This document shows positions 27,174-37,961 of a stretch of DNA of 64,000 nucleotides, in pieces. The DNA lies in assembly GCA_049967475.1 (NCBI GenBank), contig JBMFSQ010000011.1, forward strand, positions 1-64,000. Direction: 5' to 3'. The stretch comes from Chthonomonadales bacterium (GTDB lineage Bacteria > Armatimonadota > Chthonomonadetes > Chthonomonadales > CAJBBX01). How positions within the stretch are numbered: the stretch's first letter is position 1; every line of letters begins with the position of its first letter. The notes beneath the pieces were generated by a model. It searched no databases. It saw only the letters and a list, made by a program, of their open reading frames with translations, and had not been told where the DNA came from. The translations under genes and the position numbers were made by a program.

Positions 27174-30100
27174 TTGACCGGTTTCTAGCAGGTGTCCTCC
27201 GCCAGCGCCTCCTTTCACTGGGCGTAGCCGCGCTGATTGTGGCCGGCGGAATTGTGGCCCTCTTCCAGCTCAACATAGATGCCTTTCCCGATATCACGCC
27301 CGTACGCGTGGAAGTAGACACAGATGCTCCGGGGCTCGCGAGCGAGGAGGTAGAGCGGTTGGTAACGCATCCCCTCGAGATCGCCCTGCAGGGCATCCCC
27401 ATGGCTACCCGCATCCAGTCTATATCGAAGTTCGGCATCTCCGTGGTAACCGTCTACTTCGAAGACAAGGCCGATGTTTATTGGGCGCGGGACCAGGTGT
27501 TCCAGCAGATCCAGGGAGTTACCATGCCCCCCGGCATTACTCCCACGATGGGTCCCAATGACACGGGTACCGGGCAGATCTTTATTTACGCCGTCAAGAG
27601 CCCAAAGCGCTCCAACATGGAGCTGCGCACCCTGCAGGATTGGGTGATCACCCCTGCGCTCAGGGCCGTACCCGGAGTGGCGGATAATCTCTCGTTCGGG
27701 GGCGAAGTGAAGCAGTTCCAGGTCCTTATGGACCCGGATCGCCTGCGGGCTTACGGCCTTTCCATTGACGATGTCATCAGCGCCATCTCCAAAAACAACC
27801 AGAACGCCGGCGGCAATTTCGTGCAGCATGGCGGCAGCCAGTACATCGTGCGGGGCATCGGTTTGCTTCAGCGGCCCCAGGACATCGGCGATATCGTCGT
27901 AACCGCCCGCAATGGAGTGCCCATCTACATTCGCAATGTGGCTCAAGTGAAGGTCGGCCCGGAGGTCCGCCAGGGCTCCGTGTCCGAGGATGGGAAGGGT
28001 GAAGTGGTGGCCGGCATCACCATCCTGCGCCTAGGATCGAACACCTCCGACGTAATCCACCGGGTGAAGGAGAAGCTTCGGCAGATCAAGAAGGACCTTC
28101 CCCCGGACGTGTCCATCGAGCCGCTGTACGACCAGTCCATTCTCATCCGGCATAGTGTGGACACCGTACGCAGCGCGCTCATCGCCGGTGAAATCCTGGT
28201 GATCCTCATCCTGTTTGCGCTGCTCAGCGACATCCGGGCAGCCACAGTAGCTGCGCTGGCTGTGCCCATCTGCATGATGGTTGCCTTCATGCTCATGTGG
28301 AGGGCGGGCATTTCGGCCAATCTGCTCTCCCTGGGAGGATTGGCCATCAGCATCGGGATGATGATTGATGCCAGCATCGTCATCACCGAAAACATCTACC
28401 GCAACGTTACGGAAGACCGCCAAGATGACGAGCCTCTGGAGGATGCCGTTCTCCGCGGCGCCCAACAGATAGGCCGGCCGGTGTTCTTCGCAATCCTCAT
28501 CGTAATCGCCGCGTTCCTGCCCTTAATGGCCCTGCAGGGGGTGGAGGGGCGGTTGTTCGTGCCGCTTGCCCTCTCCATTGTCTTTTCCATGGTGGGCTCT
28601 GTAGTCATGGCCTTCGTGCTCGCGCCCTCCTTCTGCCTCCTGCTTCTCTCCCATGCGGAGCACCGTCCCGCCAATCGTGTGGTGCGGGCGCTTCGGGCGT
28701 ACTACCATTGGCGGCTGGAACGCTCCATCGGCAAGCCCTGGGTGATCACCAGCGTGTGGGTGGTCGTGACGGCGATGTCGGTGTGGCTCTTCTCGGTGAC
28801 GGGATCCGAGTTTCTGCCTAGCCTGGACGAGAACAACTTTCGGGTGAGGGCCACGCTGCCGCCCTCCATATCGCTCAAGGAAGCCACGGATGTTGCCCTC
28901 AAGCTGGAGCGCCTGTTCCTCAAAAACCCGAATGTAGAACATGCCATCGCCTACGTGGGCCGGGCAACCCTGGGCGGAGATCCTGAGTCGGTGAGTAATT
29001 GCGAGATTTCTCTTCCCCTCAAGCCTCCTGAACAATGGGTGCACGCCCGCTCAAAGGCCGATCTGGAAGCGCAGCTTAGGGCGCTGGTGAATAAGTTTCC
29101 CGGGGTAGAGTTCGAGTTCTCCCAAGAACTGGAGATGCGCAACGATGAGCTGATCTCGGGCTTCAACACGCCCATTGCCATCTTCGTAAAGGGCGACGAC
29201 ACCACCACCCTGTTGGCGAAGGCGGGCGAGATCGCCGGCCAACTTCAGAAAATCCCAGGAGCTACCGACGTGGCCGTTGAGCAGGTGGCCGGCATTGACA
29301 ACTTGGATATCATCCCCGATCGAAAGGCCATCGCGCGGTACGGCATCAATGTGCAGGACGTGATGGACGTAGTGCAATCTGCCATAGGGGGCGTGCAAGC
29401 CTCTACTTTCTATGAGGGCGAGAAGCAGTTTGCCATCCAGGCGCGGGTGCTTCCGCAGTACCGCAACAACGTGGAAGCGGTGCGGAACCTGCTGGTAACT
29501 TCCTCGTCGGGCCAGAAGATCCCGCTGAGCAGCCTTGCCAGGGTCGAGGTGCACCAAGGTCTGGCGGAGATCGGCCGCATGGATGCCCGCCGCCGCGTCG
29601 CCGTATTGGCCGACGTGCACGGGCGCTCGGTGGGCAGTGTCGTAGCCGATGCGAAGAAGGCAGTGGCCAGCCACATGAGCCTGCCTCCGGGATATAGCCT
29701 GGAATGGGGCGGGGCAGTGGAAGAACTGCAGCATGCCCTGAACACGCTTTCGTGGGCAATCCCAGCTTCGCTTCTCCTTATCATCGTGCTGGTGTACGCC
29801 TGCTTCAACTCCATGCGTGACACCCTAGTTGTGCTTACGACGATCCCCCTGGCCATTATTGGGGGAACGGTTCTACTGCTCATACTCGGCCTGCCCATCT
29901 CCGTGCCGGCCATCATCGGCTACATCGCCAACTTCGGAACGGAGGTGCAGAACGGCACGATCATGGTGTCCTTCATCAACCGGTGGCGGAGGCAGGGCCT
30001 TTCGGCAAGGGATGCAGCCGTTCAGGGCGCCACGGAGCGGCTGAGACCCGAGATCCTTAGCGCCCTCATCGGCGTTCTGGCCCTCATTCCGTTCCTGGTG

Positions 30101-30259
30101 GTATCGGGTATAGGCGCTACTGTAGAGCGTCCCTTAGCAGCCGTAGTCATTGGAGGCATCGCGCTCTCGCGCCCCATCGCCTGGTTCCTTCTGCCCACCC
30201 TTTACGTGTGGTTCGACCGAGACGAGCGCGGCAGGCGTGCCGGAGTCACCCTCCCCTAG
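27170..30259 (+). CDS. CusA/CzcA-family heavy-metal RND transporter
   Basis: IDAFPDIT, ELRTLQDW, SANLLSLGGLAISIGMMIDASIVITEN, GSEFLPSLDE; 1029 aa. Confidence 0.95.
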   Translation: MIDRFLAGVLRQRLLSLGVAALIVAGGIVALFQLNIDAFPDITPVRVEVDTDAPGLASEEVERLVTHPLEIALQGIPMATRIQSISKFGISVVTVYFEDKADVYWARDQVFQQIQGVTMPPGITPTMGPNDTGTGQIFIYAVKSPKRSNMELRTLQDWVITPALRAVPGVADNLSFGGEVKQFQVLMDPDRLRAYGLSIDDVISAISKNNQNAGGNFVQHGGSQYIVRGIGLLQRPQDIGDIVVTARNGVPIYIRNVAQVKVGPEVRQGSVSEDGKGEVVAGITILRLGSNTSDVIHRVKEKLRQIKKDLPPDVSIEPLYDQSILIRHSVDTVRSALIAGEILVILILFALLSDIRAATVAALAVPICMMVAFMLMWRAGISANLLSLGGLAISIGMMIDASIVITENIYRNVTEDRQDDEPLEDAVLRGAQQIGRPVFFAILIVIAAFLPLMALQGVEGRLFVPLALSIVFSMVGSVVMAFVLAPSFCLLLLSHAEHRPANRVVRALRAYYHWRLERSIGKPWVITSVWVVVTAMSVWLFSVTGSEFLPSLDENNFRVRATLPPSISLKEATDVALKLERLFLKNPNVEHAIAYVGRATLGGDPESVSNCEISLPLKPPEQWVHARSKADLEAQLRALVNKFPGVEFEFSQELEMRNDELISGFNTPIAIFVKGDDTTTLLAKAGEIAGQLQKIPGATDVAVEQVAGIDNLDIIPDRKAIARYGINVQDVMDVVQSAIGGVQASTFYEGEKQFAIQARVLPQYRNNVEAVRNLLVTSSSGQKIPLSSLARVEVHQGLAEIGRMDARRRVAVLADVHGRSVGSVVADAKKAVASHMSLPPGYSLEWGGAVEELQHALNTLSWAIPASLLLIIVLVYACFNSMRDTLVVLTTIPLAIIGGTVLLLILGLPISVPAIIGYIANFGTEVQNGTIMVSFINRWRRQGLSARDAAVQGATERLRPEILSALIGVLALIPFLVVSGIGATVERPLAAVVIGGIALSRPIAWFLLPTLYVWFDRDERGRRAGVTLP

Positions 30260-30417
30260 GGCGGATATCCCGGCGTGCCCTCTCCGCTCGTTGCACGCGG
30301 GGGCGTGCAGGCTGGGCTATTCCCAAGGGCACAGGGAGGATTTTCGGGCCCGTTCACGTATAATCGCATGGGGTTTCCTGGTCCCTACCACGGAACGGCC
30401 CTACCCGAGGTGCACCG

Positions 30418-31083
30418 ATGCTGAAGACCGACACACCCGATTTCCTGGCCATAGATCCCAGGGACCTTACCATGACGGATGCCCACCGGCTTCTGCTCCA
30501 TTGCGTTGCCCCACGCCCTATCGCCTTCACTTCGACCCTATCTCCTGAGGGGATACCCAATCTGGCGCCTTACAGCTACTTCATGGCCGGCGGAGCCAAT
30601 CCCCTTTCGGTGGCCATCTCGCCGCTTACGGGCCGCGGAGGCGAGATGAAAGACACCCTCCTCAACATCCAGCGCACCCGTGAATACGCCATCAACGTGG
30701 TTACCTACGAGATGCGCGAGCGCATGAACCGGGCCGCCCACGAATACCCCTATGGAGTGAGTGAATGGAGCGAAGCAGGCTTCACGCCCGCCCCCTGTGT
30801 GAAGATCAAGCCTGCGCGCGTGCTCGAGAGCCCCTTGGTGCTGGAGTGCCGCCTCTTCGAGATCGTGCGCCACGGAAGCGGCCACCTTTCGGCAAACTAC
30901 ATCATCGGTGAAGTGATTTACTTTCACGTGTCTCAATCGCTGATGCCCTCAGGCGTGCTCGATGCCACCCTGGTGGATTACATTGGGCGCATGGGCGGCG
31001 ATTTCTACTGCCGGGCCAACGCAGCCTCCATGTTCGAAATGCCGCGGCCGGCCAAGCCCGGCCAACCTCCCCAAGCAGGGTGA
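30418..31083 (+). CDS. Flavin reductase-like family protein
   Basis: [32 protein letters not shown]. Confidence 0.9.
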   Translation: MLKTDTPDFLAIDPRDLTMTDAHRLLLHCVAPRPIAFTSTLSPEGIPNLAPYSYFMAGGANPLSVAISPLTGRGGEMKDTLLNIQRTREYAINVVTYEMRERMNRAAHEYPYGVSEWSEAGFTPAPCVKIKPARVLESPLVLECRLFEIVRHGSGHLSANYIIGEVIYFHVSQSLMPSGVLDATLVDYIGRMGGDFYCRANAASMFEMPRPAKPGQPPQAG

Positions 31084-31126
31084 GCAGCCGCCGGCCCTTC
31101 GCATGCGTCGAGAGGAGGCACGCACA

Positions 31127-31351
31127 GTGACCTCGAAGTACGTACCGGTAGCCCTAGGGGATCGGGTGGTTCTGCGGCGCGCTCATCCGTGCGGCAGCCA
31201 CGAATGGGTAGTGGTGCGCATCGGCGCAGATATCGGCTTAAAATGCGTCACCTGCGGCAGGCGCATCCTCCTCGCCCGAGAAGAGTTCGAGCGCCGTGTA
31301 AAGGACCGCATCCCAATCTCGCCGAGCCAGGGCCCGGAGGCCCGAAGCTGA
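31127..31351 (+). CDS. DUF951 family protein
   Basis: [45 protein letters not shown]. Confidence 0.92.
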   Translation: MTSKYVPVALGDRVVLRRAHPCGSHEWVVVRIGADIGLKCVTCGRRILLAREEFERRVKDRIPISPSQGPEARS

Positions 31352-32631
31352 TGCCGCCAAAGGCGCTGCAACGCAACTGGGGCGCCCTGGCAGCCGTTTT
31401 CGCGGCCGCCTTGATCGGAGCGCGCATCCCGGCTGCTGCGCCGGGCGGTTCCCCTCCAGCCCACGTGACGGCAGATGCCCTCATCCAGGCGGATGGCACA
31501 CCCAAGGACGTATTCGCCGCTTGTGGGCTCCCCGAGCCTCCTCAGGATGCGGAGCCTGCATGGGCATGGTGGTGTGGGTGGCCCGCGCCTTTACCCTCGG
31601 CAGCATCAGAGCACCCGGAACAATGGCAGAATGTCCGTGCCTTTTCCGACAGACCCGGCGTATCCGCCTTTGCCGTGCGGGGATCCTACACCGTCTTGGT
31701 GTTCGTTGTAAATGGCGGCCAGGACCCGGTGAAGTTTTCTATACGGGTACGCCTGCCGGCTGGGGCTTATACGGCAGAGCGCCTCACCTTCGCAACCAGG
31801 GACGCGGAAACCGTTCCAAGAGTTGACGGGTTGGAGAGTGTAGTTCTGGGGCGAACGGGCTTCGCCTGGAAGATGGGCGCTCTGGCTGGGGAACGGGCCG
31901 CCCTCTACCGCTTTACGAACCGTAGCGTTGAGCTCCAGGGCACTTTCCGGGCTGTGAAGGACGGCCTTCGGGCAGAGCTCGCCCATAGCCGGGGTCCCTG
32001 CCGCCGTATTTTGGGTGCGCTTCGCGAGTGCGAAGATAATGTGGCCCTTTTGGCGCATATCTCGCCCGCTCGGCGCGATGAGGCCGTGCGTGAGGTGGAT
32101 CGGGCTCTCCTAACACTCGGCCAAGCTCAGTCTCTCTTTCGCAACTTTCGCGACAGAGGCAGCCTAAGCAGGCGAGGAGCAGACCGCATTGCCGCTGCCA
32201 TGGATCAATTGGAACAAGCTCTGGCGCAAACGGCGAGCGCATGCCTCAATGTCGTCCCGGAAATGGCGGAAGAGGATCCCGGCGAGGAGCACGTGCGCAC
32301 CATCGCCATCACTACAGCCAATGCAGGAGGCCGCAGTCTCTCCTTTGTGAAGTTGGGCATCACGGCGCCGCAGGGCGCACGCGTATGGCCGCGGGAAGAA
32401 GCGGGCATCCCGGCGCTGGCTCCAGGCCAATCGGCCACCGCCCAGTTTCGCGTCCGTTTCGCCGGCCCGGTGGATCTCAACGCGATCCAGGGCAGCGTTA
32501 CGTACGTTGCGCGCCGTACGCCGATCCATTTGTGGGTACGTAACTACTGGCCTCCGAAGGTAGAAGACCGGCCGAAAACCGAGCCGCCCGACAAAGCTCC
32601 CCAGACCATAGATGGAAAGGAAGTGCCATGA
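31351..32631 (+). CDS. Hypothetical secreted protein
   Basis: ATG overlaps the DUF951 stop; signal-like N-terminus; no family recognised. Confidence 0.7.
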   Translation: MPPKALQRNWGALAAVFAAALIGARIPAAAPGGSPPAHVTADALIQADGTPKDVFAACGLPEPPQDAEPAWAWWCGWPAPLPSAASEHPEQWQNVRAFSDRPGVSAFAVRGSYTVLVFVVNGGQDPVKFSIRVRLPAGAYTAERLTFATRDAETVPRVDGLESVVLGRTGFAWKMGALAGERAALYRFTNRSVELQGTFRAVKDGLRAELAHSRGPCRRILGALRECEDNVALLAHISPARRDEAVREVDRALLTLGQAQSLFRNFRDRGSLSRRGADRIAAAMDQLEQALAQTASACLNVVPEMAEEDPGEEHVRTIAITTANAGGRSLSFVKLGITAPQGARVWPREEAGIPALAPGQSATAQFRVRFAGPVDLNAIQGSVTYVARRTPIHLWVRNYWPPKVEDRPKTEPPDKAPQTIDGKEVP

Positions 32632-34322
32632 TCCGTTTACAAAACCCAATGGGCCGGCCGCAATTGAAGGCCGGTTGCTCGCGGATGCGCGCAGTCTCGA
32701 GGATATGCCTTCTTGCTGGGCTGGCAATTCTCCTCGCTCGAAGCGCCACGGCCCAGCAACCCACCGTGCGCTTCGTGCTGCAGGACGGCGCGCGGGTAAG
32801 CGATGTTACCACAGTGGTTGCCCGCGCCACCTGCGCAGACAATTGCGATATTGCCAAGGTGGAGTTCAGTGTAGATGGGAAGCTTCGCTACACCGACACC
32901 AGCACTCCCTACTCCTTCGACTGGGACACTCTACAAGATACTGAGGGACAACACACCCTCACCGCCACGGTATACGACACCGCCGGCCACACAGCCACAG
33001 CCACCATCACCGTAGTGGTGGACAATGAGCTGAGCAAAGGCGCCGACTACCACGCCGACGCCGCCCTCGCTGCCCTCAAGCAGGGCAACATGGACCTGGC
33101 GGTGAACTACGCCCGGCGCGCCCTCAAGATAGATCCCGGCAATCTCAAGGCTGCCAGAGCTATGGCGGCGATTGATCGCAAGCGTGGGGAGATTTCCAAG
33201 GCCATCGCGGTGTTGGAAAAGGCCAATATCCCGGAGAACGAAGTAGACGCTCGAGCAGATCTCGTAGGGTTGTACATCGCCGCCGCTAGGGATGCACCGA
33301 GTACTGAGGACTTCTTGACCTACGCGGCCAAGGCGATAGATCAGTACAAGCGGATGCTGGCCGCCAAAGAGGCTCAGCTTACCGCCGCTCAACAGGGAAA
33401 AAAGAGCCCGATAGCTGCAGGCGACACCGAGTTCTACGCGCATCAGTGGGAAGAGGCAATCAAACAATATCAGAAGTGTGGGGAAAGCCTGGATGCTCCC
33501 CTGGAATGCGCCAACCGGCTGGCCCTAGCCTACGTGCGTGCGGGCCGCCTAAGAGCCGCCGAATTGCTTCTGCACACCCTGGATCGGTCGCACCGGGCCG
33601 ACGCAGTGACCAATGCCGTGCAAGCCTATCTTCTAGTACGCAACCATGCCATGGACGATGCCCGAGCGCTGGTGAAGGAAGGAGCTTCCGGCGGGGCGCT
33701 GGCGCCGACGCTTGTTTTGGCCGCCATAGAAATCACCCAACAGAACACCAAACAGGCAGCCCGCCTTCTGGAGCGCGCAAATGCATTGGCGCCGGACGTT
33801 CCCGAGGTTCAGCTCCTTCGCGCCTATGTGCTTCCGGATCCCATTGATGGGGATCACGCCATCTTGAAGGCGCTCGAACTCGATCCCATGGCAGCGGAGG
33901 CCTATGCCGAGCGCGGCTTCCGCATCCTGCTTAGTACCGACAAGAACCGCTTCGCTTCAGCCGATGCCTTGTTCGCCTTCGCCCTCAAGCAAGATAAGTG
34001 GTGCCTTTGCGCCATGATGGGGCAGGCCCTCTCGTTGCTGTGGCAGCACCGGGCCGCTGAAGCGGAACCCATCGTCAAAGAGATCACCCGGATGGATCCA
34101 AACGGGGCCGACGTCCACATGCTGCGCGCCTTCTACTTCCAGGAGGCCGATCAAACGGCATACATTACTGCTGAACTGGATGCCGCGCGCAAGTGCGATG
34201 CAGACCGTTGGGGCGACGCCATGGTTCCAGACCCGCGGGACCTGGTGTCGCGCATCTTCAACTACCGTCCGGCTCTCACGCTCAGTCCGGCGTCGCTCTA
34301 CCCTGCGCCGGGCACGCCATGA
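32628..34322 (+). CDS. Secreted Ig-like (Big) domain + TPR repeat protein
   Basis: KVEFSVDG...PYSFDWDT...GQHTLTATVYD followed by TPR-like helices. Confidence 0.8.
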   Translation: MIRLQNPMGRPQLKAGCSRMRAVSRICLLAGLAILLARSATAQQPTVRFVLQDGARVSDVTTVVARATCADNCDIAKVEFSVDGKLRYTDTSTPYSFDWDTLQDTEGQHTLTATVYDTAGHTATATITVVVDNELSKGADYHADAALAALKQGNMDLAVNYARRALKIDPGNLKAARAMAAIDRKRGEISKAIAVLEKANIPENEVDARADLVGLYIAAARDAPSTEDFLTYAAKAIDQYKRMLAAKEAQLTAAQQGKKSPIAAGDTEFYAHQWEEAIKQYQKCGESLDAPLECANRLALAYVRAGRLRAAELLLHTLDRSHRADAVTNAVQAYLLVRNHAMDDARALVKEGASGGALAPTLVLAAIEITQQNTKQAARLLERANALAPDVPEVQLLRAYVLPDPIDGDHAILKALELDPMAAEAYAERGFRILLSTDKNRFASADALFAFALKQDKWCLCAMMGQALSLLWQHRAAEAEPIVKEITRMDPNGADVHMLRAFYFQEADQTAYITAELDAARKCDADRWGDAMVPDPRDLVSRIFNYRPALTLSPASLYPAPGTP

Positions 34323-34334
34323 TACAATAATCGT

Positions 34335-34682
34335 GGTGCAGAAGGTCGGGTGGTCGCTCCGCTTTCGTGGCGGAGAGGAAAGTCCGGGCTCCACAGGGCA
34401 CGATGCCGGATAACGTCCGGGCGGGGTGACCCGACGGAAAGTGGCACAGAAAACACACAGCCGGCGCCTTGGCTCCGGCAACGGTGAAAAGGTGCGGTAA
34501 GAGCGCACCGGCGGCCGGGAGACCGGCCGGCCTGCTAAACCCCATCGGGAGCAAGGCTCAGTATGGAGGGGATGATGCGGCCCGCGGACCCTCCGGGTTG
34601 AGCCGCTTGAGGCCGCGAGCAATCGCGGTCCCAGAGAGATGACCACACAAACACAGAACCCGGCTTACAGACCTTCTGCACC
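34335..34682 (+). ncRNA. rnpB: RNase P RNA (bacterial type A)
   Basis: GAGGAAAGTCCGGGCTCC, GGTGCGGTAAGAGCGCAC, TAAACCCC, ACAGAACCCGGCTTA; terminal P1 GGTGCAGAAGGTC/GACCTTCTGCACC; TACAAT upstream. Confidence 0.97.
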
Positions 34683-34714
34683 CCGAAAGCCCGCCACACC
34701 ACATCGGGTGGCGC

Positions 34715-36865
34715 CTATCGGTCCTCCTTCAACTCCTCTTCGGCGTTTGGGGCCTTCTGTACGGGAACGCCGCCGAAGGTGAAGCGAAAGTCATCGGCAT
34801 TGGCCTCGAGGATCGCCATAATCGGGGTGCGGGCGGGGTCGCGTCTGAGGAACGGGATAGGGTCCGCCCCATTGGGCCGCACCTGAAGCGTTACCTCCTG
34901 CACGCCGGGTCCCGCCACTTCTTCGTTGGCCGCCCAAGCATAAGGTAGGCCGAGGAGCCGCACCACGACGTTGCCGTTGAACCCATTCATTCTGTGGATG
35001 ATCACGCGCACCGGCGTAGCCGTGCGGGGCTTCACCAATATCGGCGCATGATCGGCCAGCTCTACCGTGAAATCCGCCCGGCCGCGCACAGCTACTACGC
35101 ATTGAGCTCGGTTGGCGGTCCGCAATTCATTGTTCAGGCGATAAACCTCCTGGGGCACCACCCGTACCACCGCTTCGCCTGCCGGACCACGTCCGCAGGC
35201 TACGATGCGGAAGGGCTGAACCAGCGGCTGAGCGTTCGGAGCGGCAGTGAGGATCAACCATGCAGATTGCCGATCCGGCTGGATCATCGCCGTGGTAGCG
35301 GACACGCCGGGCGGCAGATCTGCCGCAGTCACTTCGATATCCCCCTGCACGCCTTCCCGCCGCAGGACGATGACTTCCACTCCAGCCGAAAGGCCGGGTC
35401 TGAGGGTCACAGCGTCCGGCCTGGCCACACATTCCAATCCAGGCCGCGCCGGCCGCATCTCTACGCAGTACGCATATTCGGGGCCTCCGCGTCCTGCTGC
35501 CTCTTCGATGCGCAAGGTGTGGGGCCGATTGGACTTGAGGTCCACAGTCGTACGGTTGTCCCGTTCAACCGCCGCAATCACGTGCCCGTCAGGATCCAAG
35601 AGGGTGGCCCGGATGGCGGCAGGAGAACCGATGCGTTCGCCGAATGCCTCGATTTCATACCGCCCCGATCCGAGAACGGTATAGGCATCCGGGGCTCGCA
35701 CTGCCGCGAAATGCCCGGCGAAGGCAGCCGGCAACTGCACGGCCTTGGATCCCCCAACCGTAACGACGGGGTAGGGCGACACGTAGAAGGGCGCCGTACC
35801 GAAGGGCGTGCCCACCTGCGTAAGGCCTGCTTCTGTAGGCGCGCGCAGCTCCACAGCCGTCCTCAATCCAACCGTATTCTTGCCCTCTACATAGCCTGCC
35901 ACGCGCGCGCCTGTGCGGCCGGCTGGAGGCACCAGTACCGTGTCATAGGGCAAGTGACCCATGTCCAGCCGGTATACCGAAGCAGGATTGCCGCGGCCTA
36001 GGAGGTCTCGCACTTCGACGATGTAATCGCCGTCCCTCGGGCACTGCCAATCCAGAAGAGGATCCAGTTCATAGTAGCCGTGGTTCTCGGCCAATTCGTT
36101 GCCGTCGGCATCCAGAAGGCGGAGGACAGGGTTGAAGAACATCTGGGTGGCTTCATTGAAGCGAAACGCCCTCAGGTTGAACACCAGCCGGTCGCCGGCA
36201 TGGGCCGTGAAGCGGTAGTAGTGGCGCTCGCCATTTGAAGTGAAGCACCCATTGGCCACACAGGGAAGGGTAACACGCTGAGCAGAGGCGAGCCTTCCAC
36301 CCACGCCCACCACCTCGGGCATTCGGCTCACCTCGAAGAGCGCTGCCGTAGACACTCCCCGCGGCGTCGCGAGCCTCAGTTCGTAGACGCCCGGCGGGGC
36401 ATCCGGTGCAACCGTGATCTTCGCCGTTACCTTCCCGGCCCTGGCCGCACTCTGCAGATACTGAACGATCTTATCCGCATCCTCGGGAGCGATGGGCGCG
36501 TTGTTCTGCCGAATCATTCGCTGGACCGTTGCAGCCCATTGGGCCGGCGTCATGGAGCGGTTCGCCGGGCTGCGGAGTTCGTGGCACGAGCCGCATTTTT
36601 GCTGCCAAAGCGGCTTGTAGCGCTCGTCCACTTTGGACCCTCCGGGCTCAACGGTGCCGGACACACCGCTGCCCGTAGCCAAAAGGAGATCCGCCCCTTC
36701 CAGGTTCGCCCCGCGGACCTCCACCTCTACGGTGGTTCCGGCTCGGGCGCCCATAGGGAAGAATGCGTTGACGCGAGGCGCCTGTGCGCCGGCACACAAA
36801 GAAGCCAACAGGAGGACACCCCCAACGAAGCATTCCCTTGCAGCATGTAAATGGCGGCCCATCAT
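34715..36865 (-). CDS. Secreted PPC-domain protein with an inserted CxxCH cytochrome-c-like module
   Basis: FPMGARAGTTVEVEVRGANL, CGSCH, DGDYIVEVRDLLGRG..YRL; typical partner of DUF1501/DUF1549 genes. Confidence 0.75.
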   Translation of the reverse strand: MMGRHLHAARECFVGGVLLLASLCAGAQAPRVNAFFPMGARAGTTVEVEVRGANLEGADLLLATGSGVSGTVEPGGSKVDERYKPLWQQKCGSCHELRSPANRSMTPAQWAATVQRMIRQNNAPIAPEDADKIVQYLQSAARAGKVTAKITVAPDAPPGVYELRLATPRGVSTAALFEVSRMPEVVGVGGRLASAQRVTLPCVANGCFTSNGERHYYRFTAHAGDRLVFNLRAFRFNEATQMFFNPVLRLLDADGNELAENHGYYELDPLLDWQCPRDGDYIVEVRDLLGRGNPASVYRLDMGHLPYDTVLVPPAGRTGARVAGYVEGKNTVGLRTAVELRAPTEAGLTQVGTPFGTAPFYVSPYPVVTVGGSKAVQLPAAFAGHFAAVRAPDAYTVLGSGRYEIEAFGERIGSPAAIRATLLDPDGHVIAAVERDNRTTVDLKSNRPHTLRIEEAAGRGGPEYAYCVEMRPARPGLECVARPDAVTLRPGLSAGVEVIVLRREGVQGDIEVTAADLPPGVSATTAMIQPDRQSAWLILTAAPNAQPLVQPFRIVACGRGPAGEAVVRVVPQEVYRLNNELRTANRAQCVVAVRGRADFTVELADHAPILVKPRTATPVRVIIHRMNGFNGNVVVRLLGLPYAWAANEEVAGPGVQEVTLQVRPNGADPIPFLRRDPARTPIMAILEANADDFRFTFGGVPVQKAPNAEEELKEDR

Positions 36866-36866
36866 T

Positions 36867-37946
36867 CTAGCGCGTCCTCCCAGACCTGGGCGTCTGAGGG
36901 CGGGCGGCAGGCATTTCCTCCACGCGTTCATCCATGAAGGTGAGCGTCTGTACGAGTTTGTTCCCATCCACATCCCAAATCCACACGACCCCGTCCCTTC
37001 CGCCGGCGGCAGCGAGTTTCCCCTCGGGGTTCAGGGCTACGGCATAAACGGGGTGTTGTGCCTCCTTGAAGTCGCGCATTCTGCCGCCGCTGCCGGCATC
37101 CCATACCGTAACCACGGCATCCATGCCACCGGTGACGAGGCGCGTACCGTTTCGGGAGACGCCCAAGGCGAGGATTGCTCCATTGTGCGCCTCGAAGGCC
37201 CGGTACAGAGACCCGCTCCAGGCGCGCTTCTTGGCGTTGTAGGAGATGGACCACCACCGGAGCCATCCATCCAGAGCGGAGCCCACAAACTGGTCTCCGT
37301 TTGGGAGGAAGGCCAACCCCGTGATGCCGGCGGGGCTCTGATCGAAGTTCATCACCGTGCGCCCCGAGGTTTCGTCCCAAGCCTTCACTACCTTGTCCAT
37401 GGCGCCGGTAAGGAATACTGCATTGGGCCGGGGCGAAAAGGCCACCGACGCCACGCGATCGTTGTGCTCGTCGAGTTCGGTGCTGCTGCCTGCGGCCCAA
37501 TCCCGGAAGTAACGCACCTTGTTGTCGTCGGAGCCTGCGGCGCAGAGGCGACCGTCGGGCCCAAAGGCGATGGCTTCCACACAATCCTGCTGGACAGGGC
37601 CAAGCTTGGCCGCGCCGGCCCCGGAAACATCCCAAAAGATCACCCGCCCGCTGCGCGACGGCAGGCCGGTGCCGATGGCAAGGATGCTTCCTCCCGGGTG
37701 CCACGCGAGGGCTCGAGCTGCGTCCTCCAGGTTGTGGAACTCGGCTACCGGCCTCCATGTTGTTGTGTCGAAGACCACCACGCGCCGATAGAGGCCCACA
37801 GCCAGCCGCGCGCCGTCGGGAGAGAAAGCCAAAGCAGCCACCGCCCCGGGATCCGCCGCACAGGGCGCCTTACACGCCCATAGTAAAGCGGCAGCGAGGA
37901 GCGCCTGGGTGAAAGCCAGCAGGAATCGCAGCACACGGGAGCCCAT
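36867..37946 (-). CDS. WD40-repeat protein with signal peptide
   Basis: Repeated ALAFSPDG / GSDDNKVRY / GGMDAVVTVWD units. Confidence 0.9.
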   Translation of the reverse strand: MGSRVLRFLLAFTQALLAAALLWACKAPCAADPGAVAALAFSPDGARLAVGLYRRVVVFDTTTWRPVAEFHNLEDAARALAWHPGGSILAIGTGLPSRSGRVIFWDVSGAGAAKLGPVQQDCVEAIAFGPDGRLCAAGSDDNKVRYFRDWAAGSSTELDEHNDRVASVAFSPRPNAVFLTGAMDKVVKAWDETSGRTVMNFDQSPAGITGLAFLPNGDQFVGSALDGWLRWWSISYNAKKRAWSGSLYRAFEAHNGAILALGVSRNGTRLVTGGMDAVVTVWDAGSGGRMRDFKEAQHPVYAVALNPEGKLAAAGGRDGVVWIWDVDGNKLVQTLTFMDERVEEMPAARPQTPRSGRTR

Positions 37947-37961
37947 GGTAATCCCCGCTCG

